Shown here one piece after another: positions 29,229-35,681 of a stretch of 64,000 bases of DNA. A program made the translations under genes and the position numbers. Each line of letters begins with the position of its first letter. Within the stretch, counting starts at the first letter, position 1. The notes beneath the pieces were generated by a model. It had not been told where the DNA came from, made no database searches, and saw only the letters and a list, made by a program, of their open reading frames with translations. Origin of the DNA: an uncultured Clostridia bacterium (GTDB lineage Bacteria > Bacillota > Clostridia > Christensenellales > CAG-314); assembly GCA_947601445.1 (NCBI GenBank), contig CANQGD010000004.1, positions 1,108 through 65,107 of the forward strand, written 5' to 3'.

Positions 29229-29834
29229 ATGTTGGTAGTAACTTATATTCTTTTCGCCGCATTTCTTGGTGTTATGATCGGAGGCTTTGCTTTCGGAAAC
29301 AATACGGTTGGTATTATAGGCGTTACTCTTGCAGTAGTTGATGCCATAGTAGGCATTGCAATTACTTATTTCAGAAATAAAGCTAACATTACAAAGTCCA
29401 CTGTACAATTACAAAACAACGTCAGGAAGATACAGCATCTTACCGCAGAGCCATATGCAACAGAATCATTTACTATTGCGGAATTAGCGACAGGCGTTGT
29501 CAATTTATTAGATGGATTGCATACTTTATCAAGCAATGAATATTTTTATTTAAAAAAAATATACGATGCATATCAGCATGACTTATCGCGTATAACGGTT
29601 ACATATCAAGGACTTATGTCTTATAGCGATAAAATAATATCAAATTATGATATGGTCGTACCTTATTATAAAGTTTGCGGAAAATCAGGATTTAGCATTG
29701 CAGAACTTTTGGAAGAAAACAAGCTACCATATAGAGTAAAAGCTAAAATACTTATAGATAATGGTAAATTATTTTCTAACGAATGGAAAGAGTTAAACTT
29801 AAAATTTTACGAAGAATTTTATAATGAAGTATAA
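29229..29834 (+). CDS. Small membrane protein (201 aa), unknown family
   Basis: GAGAGAGGG upstream of the start. It has two N-terminal TM segments and a soluble ~140-aa domain. It lies 21 nt after the previous gene. Confidence 0.55.
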   Translation: MLVVTYILFAAFLGVMIGGFAFGNNTVGIIGVTLAVVDAIVGIAITYFRNKANITKSTVQLQNNVRKIQHLTAEPYATESFTIAELATGVVNLLDGLHTLSSNEYFYLKKIYDAYQHDLSRITVTYQGLMSYSDKIISNYDMVVPYYKVCGKSGFSIAELLEENKLPYRVKAKILIDNGKLFSNEWKELNLKFYEEFYNEV

Positions 29835-29965
29835 TAATGATGATTTTGTATAAAATATTCGACTTTTTGCGCTGCTGTGTAATATATTAGTGCATTTGTG
29901 AAGTAACAAATATTAAATTCAAACTTATATTCCGCAGGCACTATGAAATTTGGGTTTATTATTTT

Positions 29966-30112
29966 AGGGCGTACCCGACGGGAGTTGTCCCGAGCAAAGC
30001 GAGGGTGAGCGGAACGCCGTGTAGCGCCACATTCTCAGTCGAGGCACGAAGTACCGAACGCCGCGAAGCACGCAGTGCGGAGTATTTCAAAATCATGTCC
30101 ATTCGCCCCCTC
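29966..30112. other. GC-rich non-coding island (candidate ncRNA or relic of foreign DNA)
   Basis: By hand count it is about 60% G+C, against about 23% in the preceding 100 nt. There is no credible ORF. It has internal half-repeats around GAACGCCG and a local hairpin CGGGA-GTTG-TCCCG. Confidence 0.3.
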
Positions 30113-30144
30113 CAAAGGCAACAAGCACAAAGAAATCAATGGAA

Positions 30145-30170
30145 AAGGGAAACCTTTGTGGTTTCCCCTT
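30145..30170. terminator. Strong hairpin, terminator-like on both strands
   Basis: GGGAAACC-TTTGT-GGTTTCCC, with T-rich runs following on either strand. Confidence 0.55.
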
Positions 30171-30258
30171 TCTGTTTGCAACTAAAAGCGCAGTTGCCGC
30201 TATGGTGTGCTGTTTGAAAACAATGTTGAACTTTACTTATAGAGCGAAGCGCAATAAG

Positions 30259-30287
30259 TATAGTATACTATACCTATCTATACCTAT
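30259..30287. repeat. 14-nt perfect palindrome overlapping a tandem decamer
   Basis: TATAGTATACTATA (30259-30272), and CTATACCTAT twice (30268-30287). Confidence 0.6.
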
Positions 30288-30352
30288 GCTCTATGAATGG
30301 TCAGTTAAATTGAAATTTATCTTACATTCCATTGTTCTAATAGTTCAAAACT

Positions 30353-30658
30353 TTACCAAAGACCTAATATTTCCAAATCCATACTTTGAATATATGTAAT
30401 TTTGTCCCAATCTCTTTCTAAAACAATATTGTCTATTTGTTGTGCCTTATATAATTCATCTAATGTTGGGTAATTATATTCTCCACTCTGTTGTTCGGAC
30501 GTTCCACACCTTTGAAATGAGCAATGGTCGTGATAAATTATAATCATATACTCATTGTCTTTGTCTGCAAATGTTAAACTCAATTCAACTTCACAATCAC
30601 ACTCATTTATACTTTTTAATAACAAAGACTTAATTTCTTCAAACGTTATTTTTGGCAT
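30353..30658 (-). CDS. Small cytoplasmic protein (101 aa), unknown family
   Basis: ATG 30658 is preceded by AGAGGAAG. The longer track ORF to 30913 reads through tRNA-Leu, so I rejected it. Confidence 0.5.
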   Translation of the reverse strand: MPKITFEEIKSLLLKSINECDCEVELSLTFADKDNEYMIIIYHDHCSFQRCGTSEQQSGEYNYPTLDELYKAQQIDNIVLERDWDKITYIQSMDLEILGLW

Positions 30659-30802
30659 TACTTCCTCTGCTAAATTCCTGTTTATCGTTCCAATATTATA
30701 CAAAAAAACTCCGCATAAATCAAGCCCGAAACTATACTCATAAATAAAAGTAAATCCGAACCGATTACTCGTTGTGAGTATTTGGTTCGGATTATACTTA
30801 TT

Positions 30803-30888
30803 TGGTGCTGGTGGTGGGACTTGAACCCACACGTTGTCACCAACATCGGATTTTGAGTCCGACGCGTCTGCCATTTCACCACACCAGC
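30803..30888 (-). tRNA. tRNA-Leu (anticodon CAA), CCA encoded
   Basis: Hand-folded: acceptor GCTGGTG/CACCAGC, anticodon arm TCGGA-CTCAAAA-TCCGA, long variable arm, T-arm GTGGG-TTCAAGT-CCCAC. Confidence 0.9.
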
Positions 30889-30985
30889 TCAAATTGCCCT
30901 TACAATATATCACAAATTGATAGATTTATCAACAGTTTTGCGCCATTTTTACGAAATTTTTTGTCTTGTGCGGATATTTAATTTA

Positions 30986-31014
30986 TTGCGTAATAAATGA
31001 ATGTGTGCTATAAT
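30986..31014 (+). promoter_or_regulatory. Promoter of tRNA-Arg with extended -10
   Basis: TTGCGT, 17-nt spacer, TATAAT, with TG at -15/-14 (TGCTATAAT). Confidence 0.5.
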
Positions 31015-31029
31015 GTTCAAGCATACTAA

Positions 31030-31105
31030 CTACCTGTAGTCTAATTGGATAAAATAACGCCCTCCGACGGCGTTGTTTCGGGTTCGAGTCCCGACAGGTA
31101 GACCA
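31030..31105 (+). tRNA. tRNA-Arg (anticodon CCG), CCA encoded, slightly atypical
   Basis: Acceptor CTACCTG/CAGGTAG (C1-G72), D-loop AATTGGATA, anticodon arm ACGCC-CTCCGAC-GGCGT, T-arm TCGGG-TTCGAGT-CCCGA. There is a C12/A23 mismatch and a 4-nt variable loop. Confidence 0.75.
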
Positions 31106-31695
31106 TATACTTCCGGACTCAATTGAACGCTATTCGCGGTACATCGGTTGAATCCGGATTTGTATATACGCAAAATTTGCGACAAAATTTCAATGTGGTA
31201 AAAAGCAAATATAATAAAATTTTTATACAGTATACACAATAATTCAGAGGATAGATAACAATACCTCTTATGCTCTTTTCAATACTTTTTGGAGTAGGAC
31301 ATATAACGATTAGTTATAAAGACACCGGATGTTGATTTATATTTGTCGCAGCCGTTGTTTTGCCGTCAAATAAGGATAATCGATACAAAAATAGCGCGCC
31401 TTAAAATAATATTTTTAGCGGTTTGAGTTTTATAAAAACACCTTATCCAAATTATACAATCGGAGACAGGGAATATAAAACACTCTCGGCGAATGGGGTA
31501 AAAGCCAAACTATTGAAGTACATATTACGATTGAAATGCAACCAAAGTGTACGCGAGTCCCCCGATGTCAACAAGAGAGGAAAGGTGATAACAGGCTCAA
31601 AAAAAGTAAAGGCAATCAAATACATTCTGTCGCAGCGATTAAGTGATGAGGAGCGTTTGCTTTTGCTTACATTAGCCGGCAACTTGCACAAAAGT

Positions 31696-31779
31696 GTGGG
31701 TTTACCGTAAAGAATGGCAAAATTATTGGTAAACAAAGTGGGTTTACGGTTAAAAACGGAAGAATAGTTTTCGGGTAAA
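31696..31779 (+). repeat. Imperfect tandem duplication, 2 x 42 nt
   Basis: Both copies start GTGGGTTTAC and end GGTAAA. About two-thirds of positions match without gaps. Confidence 0.5.
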
Positions 31780-31809
31780 AAAATTAGGCGCAACCGCGTG
31801 GTGCGCCTA
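31777..31809 (-). terminator. Intrinsic terminator of the 161-aa membrane protein gene
   Basis: On the minus strand: TAGGCGCA-CCACGCGGT-TGCGCCTA followed by ATTTTTTT. Confidence 0.65.
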
Positions 31810-32292
31810 TTTATTTGTTTCGTCTTCTGTAGGGAGTGGAGGATCGTAACGAATTGCTGTCGGGTCGTATGATTCGTTGCTCCAATCAATATCTTTCAAA
31901 AGTTCAGGATCGATGTCGCCAAATATTTTCTTTATTTTGCGATGGCTAACTTTGCCCGTTCGGGCGTGTTTTTCCTCTCTTTTTGACATTGCCTTGTCGG
32001 AGAAGAAAATGCCGACAATCAATAGGTGGATTATGTTCAATCCAACGAATATCGCAGCGAAAGATCCGACAACCAAAGCCAACCCAATAGTTAGTCCATA
32101 GAACACGGTGCCAACAGCCAATCCTGCTGCAAGTCCTTTATTCTTTGCGGAGTTGAGATACGAGTCGTGGTAACGAATTGTAAAAAACATTGGCAGTGCT
32201 ATCAACCAGGCTCCCGAACCTGCCATGTAATAGTTGTGAAACGCTTTTCGAGGGTTCGTTCGCTCCGTCATTTGAAAGGTGTAACCAGCCAT
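31807..32292 (-). CDS. Membrane protein (161 aa), unknown function
   Basis: SD GGAGG, then ATG 32292. It has 3-4 TM segments and a charged C-terminal tail. Confidence 0.55.
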   Translation of the reverse strand: MAGYTFQMTERTNPRKAFHNYYMAGSGAWLIALPMFFTIRYHDSYLNSAKNKGLAAGLAVGTVFYGLTIGLALVVGSFAAIFVGLNIIHLLIVGIFFSDKAMSKREEKHARTGKVSHRKIKKIFGDIDPELLKDIDWSNESYDPTAIRYDPPLPTEDETNK

Positions 32293-32599
32293 ACTTTTGC
32301 CTCCACTTTCACATTATACCACAATAAATTCGGCTTTTCAACATATCGCGCAGAATAAATAGCGACAATTGCATGTTTTCCGTGTGCTATAATAGCGGCA
32401 GGAGGCGAGGTATGCTCAAAATCGTGCAAACCGAGCAATCAGAAATCACAAAATTGGTCTGTCCGAAGCGCATTATTTTGGAGGTGTTTTGCTGTTTTTT
32501 CCGCTTTTTTGATATTTTGCGCCGCAGAATGTTAAAATACATTGTTCTTTGATGTATTGTATGGTATAATAAAATAAAAACTAAGGAGCGGTTCATAAT

Positions 32600-33736
32600 A
32601 TGTTTTTTAACGGAGTAAGCGGAAAATTCGGATTCGGATGTATGCGGTTTCCAATGAAAAATGACGAAATAGACGTCGGACAGGTTCAGCTTATGGTGGA
32701 CGAATTTATTTCCAAGGGATTTAATTATTTCGACACAGCGCACGGCTATCACGGAGAATTGAGCGAACCGACGATACGGCAATGCTTAACAAGTCGTTAT
32801 CCGAGAAGCAGTTATATTTTGACAAACAAATTGTCGGACGCCTATTTTCATTCGCAGGAAGAAATTCGCCCCTTTTTTGAAAAGCAACTATCTATTTGCG
32901 GTGTGGATTACTTTGATTTTTATTTGATGCACGCGCAAAGTCGCCGCAATTACAAACAATACGTCGATTGCCGCGCTTATGAAACGGCATTCGAGTTGAA
33001 ACGTGAAGGCAAGGTAAGATATGTCGGCATTTCTTTTCACGATACCGCCGATATTTTGGAGGGTATTCTTGACGATTATCCCGAATTGGATGTAGTGCAG
33101 TTGCAACTTAACTATCTCGATTGGGAGGACCCTGCCATTCAGTCGCATGCGTGTTATGATGTGTGCGTAAAACACGGAAAGCCTGTTATTGTTATGGAAC
33201 CTATCAAGGGCGGACATCTGATAAATCTACCCGATAAGGCACGTAACGTCGTGGATGCGCTCGGAGTTTCTCCCGCAAATCTTGCATTGCGTTTTGCGGC
33301 GTCTCTGGATAACGTTTTTATGGTTATTTCCGGAATGAGCAGTATTGAGCAAATGCGGGAAAACGTTTCATTTATGCGTGATTTTACGCCGCTTTCCGAA
33401 CGGGAAATCACTGTGGCGCACGGTGCGGCAGGCTTGATACGCGGCGAAAATATTATTCCTTGTACGGCTTGTCGATACTGCGTTGACGGATGTCCCAAAA
33501 AAATCTCCATTCCCGATTTGTTTGCCTGTCTCAATAGTAAGCGGCATTTCAACAATTGGAACGCCGATTTCTACTACAACAACGTTTATATCAAGGGACA
33601 CGGCAAGGCTTCCGAGTGTATAAAGTGTGGCAAATGCGAGAGAATATGCCCGCAAAATCTGCCTGTGCGCACGTTGCTTCAAGACGTTGCAAAAGAATTC
33701 GAAGACGATCCGATGGGCGAGGGTAATTATGACTAA
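32600..33736 (+). CDS. Aldo/keto reductase fused to a C-terminal 4Fe-4S ferredoxin-type domain
   Basis: AKR N-terminus (GFGCMRFP, DTAHGY) plus two Cys clusters, CTACRYCVDGCP and CIKCGKCERICP. Confidence 0.8.
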   Translation: MFFNGVSGKFGFGCMRFPMKNDEIDVGQVQLMVDEFISKGFNYFDTAHGYHGELSEPTIRQCLTSRYPRSSYILTNKLSDAYFHSQEEIRPFFEKQLSICGVDYFDFYLMHAQSRRNYKQYVDCRAYETAFELKREGKVRYVGISFHDTADILEGILDDYPELDVVQLQLNYLDWEDPAIQSHACYDVCVKHGKPVIVMEPIKGGHLINLPDKARNVVDALGVSPANLALRFAASLDNVFMVISGMSSIEQMRENVSFMRDFTPLSEREITVAHGAAGLIRGENIIPCTACRYCVDGCPKKISIPDLFACLNSKRHFNNWNADFYYNNVYIKGHGKASECIKCGKCERICPQNLPVRTLLQDVAKEFEDDPMGEGNYD

Positions 33737-34142
33737 GCCTTATATACACAAAGTAAAGTATTACGAAACGGACAAAATGGGCGTTACGCATCATTCCAAT
33801 TATCTCCGTTTTATGGAAGAAGCGCGCGTCAATTATTTGGATGAGATCGGTTACGGCTATCGACGAATGGAAGAAGAAGGTTTGGTTTCTCCCGTAGTTT
33901 CGGTAAATATCGATTACAAAAAAGCCACGACATTCGATGACGAAATTTCAATAGACGTGAAGGTAGAAAGCGTTTCTGCCGTCAAACTTATTATCGGTTA
34001 CACAATGACTTGTAACGGTGAAATCGTCTGCAATGCAACAAGCGTACATTGCTTTGTAGACAAAAATTCTCGCCCCATTTCATTAAAACGTACTCGACCG
34101 GAGTTGTTTGAGTTGCTCAGTTCGTCGGCAATTAAAAATTAA
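33729..34142 (+). CDS. Acyl-CoA thioesterase, 4HBT/YbgC hotdog family
   Basis: The start VKYYETDKMGVTHHSNYLRFMEEAR is typical of YbgC-like thioesterases. ATGA overlap with the AKR stop. Confidence 0.75.
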   Translation: MTKPYIHKVKYYETDKMGVTHHSNYLRFMEEARVNYLDEIGYGYRRMEEEGLVSPVVSVNIDYKKATTFDDEISIDVKVESVSAVKLIIGYTMTCNGEIVCNATSVHCFVDKNSRPISLKRTRPELFELLSSSAIKN

Positions 34143-34217
34143 AATATCATAAAATCTGTATTTCAAAAGTTGAAAAACGCCTAACTTACAAACAAAACAA
34201 TCTTTTGCTCTTATATT

Positions 34218-34250
34218 AAAAAACCGCTTTCCGAGTGAAGCGGTTTTGTT
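34218..34250. terminator. Bidirectional terminator
   Basis: A-run, then AAACCGCTT-TCCGAGTG-AAGCGGTTT, then T-run. Confidence 0.65.
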
Positions 34251-34302
34251 TATATGGTATTTTTATGAATTGAAATTTCGTGATTGGATTGGCGTCGTAA
34301 TA

Positions 34303-35457
34303 TTATTTTATCGCAAGCCCCCAAAGAAGTTGTGTTCCTACAAGCACCGCCAAGAAGGAAAAATTTATTAGCAAAAAAGTAATTATATATCTTCCGAATG
34401 CTTTGCGGTTGTGTTTGCGAAATTCGTTGAGCGTAATCAAGCTGGCAAGCGAAGCAATAGGAGTACCAAGACCGCCGATATTTACGGCAACAAGCAAATT
34501 GGCGTAGTCTGTCGTAAATTTTGACAATAACACGGCAGTTGGAACGTTGCTGATAAACTGACAACTTGTAACGCCGACAAGCAAAGGCGAAAAAGACACA
34601 AGATGGGACAGAAAATCGCTTATCGCGTCTATTCGCGCCAAATTTCCGCTAAACACAAAGAATGCGGCAAATGTAATCAGCAAACCGTAATCGACTTTGC
34701 CGAGAGCGTTGCTATCCAGAATAATCATTGCCGTCAAAACAATCGCAAATACAATATACCATGGCAGTACATCGAAAACAATCAAAAGAGACAAGACGAA
34801 CAATAACGAGTAAACTATGCTGCGCCAAACGGAGGGACGTTTTTCCGGTTCGGCAAATAGCTGTATTTTATCTTTTTTTACGAAAATACATACTCCTATG
34901 ATCAACAATAGTGCAACCGCGCACGGTACCGACATGATTTTTAAAAATTCCAATGTATCGATCCCGTAAAAACTGTACAAATAAATGTTTTGCGGATTGC
35001 CGAATGGGGTAAGCATGCCTCCGAGGTTTGCGGCAACATTTTGCATTACAAACACAATGGGCATTTTGTCTTTTCGCTCACAGCTTTCCAATACTATGTA
35101 TCCCAACGGTAAAAACGTTATCAACGCCATATCGTTTGCCATTACCATGCTTCCGAAATAGGTAATAAATACAAGTGCAAACACCGTGTTGCGCAAGTTA
35201 CCGAATTTCAATACTATTTTCTTTGCAAGCCAAGTGAAAAAACGGATATTTTTGAATGCAGACACAACCGCCAACGTACAGAAAAGCGTTGCAAGCGTAG
35301 AAAGATTGAAATATCCGAGATATTGCCTGTCAAAGGGCACGAAAATACAAGTTACGGCAGCAAGCGCAACGGCAATTACAGGCATCAAATGCGCTACGAT
35401 AAATTTGCCGAAGCGCGGCACCGATATATTGTTGAATTTTGCTGTTTTAGTACTCAT
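34303..35457 (-). CDS. Anion permease of the ArsB/NhaD / citrate-transporter-like (CitMHS/SLC13) superfamily
   Basis: About 10 TM segments. The NLGGMLTPFGNPQNIYL and NIGGLGTPIASLASL hairpin-like motifs are typical of this superfamily. Confidence 0.7.
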   Translation of the reverse strand: MSTKTAKFNNISVPRFGKFIVAHLMPVIAVALAAVTCIFVPFDRQYLGYFNLSTLATLFCTLAVVSAFKNIRFFTWLAKKIVLKFGNLRNTVFALVFITYFGSMVMANDMALITFLPLGYIVLESCERKDKMPIVFVMQNVAANLGGMLTPFGNPQNIYLYSFYGIDTLEFLKIMSVPCAVALLLIIGVCIFVKKDKIQLFAEPEKRPSVWRSIVYSLLFVLSLLIVFDVLPWYIVFAIVLTAMIILDSNALGKVDYGLLITFAAFFVFSGNLARIDAISDFLSHLVSFSPLLVGVTSCQFISNVPTAVLLSKFTTDYANLLVAVNIGGLGTPIASLASLITLNEFRKHNRKAFGRYIITFLLINFSFLAVLVGTQLLWGLAIK

Positions 35458-35623
35458 ATTTTACCGTTGCAAATTGTAGAACTTTGTTAAAATTTCGTCA
35501 AGCGTATTAAATACTTTTATTACAAATTATTTCCGATACACTTTATTGGTTAAAAATTGCAACGAGAGTTTTTTATATGCGAATTGTTTATTATTTGTGA
35601 CAAAATTATTTTTTGTAAAATCG

Positions 35624-35652
35624 TTGCAAAATAAAAATATTAAGAGTATAAT
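35624..35652 (+). promoter_or_regulatory. SigA-type promoter of copA-csoR
   Basis: TTGCAA, 17-nt spacer, TATAAT. Confidence 0.55.
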
Positions 35653-35678
35653 ATACACGGACACGGGGAGGGGGTATT
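35652..35678 (+). promoter_or_regulatory. Possible CsoR operator (G-tract dyad)
   Basis: ATACACGGACACGGGGAGGGGGTAT sits directly after the -10. It resembles the ATAC..G-tract..GTAT architecture of CsoR boxes but is longer than the ones I remember. Confidence 0.3.
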
Positions 35679-35681
35679 CCG

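Noticed and set aside
29966-30112. Possible degenerate 5S rRNA or tRNA fragment. TACCGAACGCCGCGAAG resembles the 5S block TACCGAACACGGAAG.
   Set aside because: The similarity is limited to about 15 nt. The helices and remaining conserved 5S blocks are absent. No rRNA operon context is present.
30005-30217. 70-aa ORF inside the GC-rich island
   Set aside because: It is an implausible Arg/Ala/Ser-rich peptide. It has no SD and runs through the terminator-like hairpin. I treated the region as non-coding.
30353-30913. 186-aa minus-strand ORF from the track
   Set aside because: Its N-terminal half reads straight through the tRNA-Leu(CAA) gene (30803-30888) and a non-coding spacer. Only the last 101 codons, starting at ATG 30658 behind a good SD, look like a gene.
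31423-31710. 95-codon TTG-initiated ORF after tRNA-Arg
   Set aside because: It has a non-ATG start without an SD and a Lys-rich, low-complexity product. Its end runs into the tandem repeat.
28400-31800. Calling the AT-rich tRNA-flanked stretch a genomic island or prophage remnant
   Set aside because: No integrase, transposase or phage gene is present, and I found no direct repeat of a tRNA 3' end. Only the compositional contrast and orphan genes support it, so it is reported as a hypothesis within the findings rather than as a mobile_element feature.
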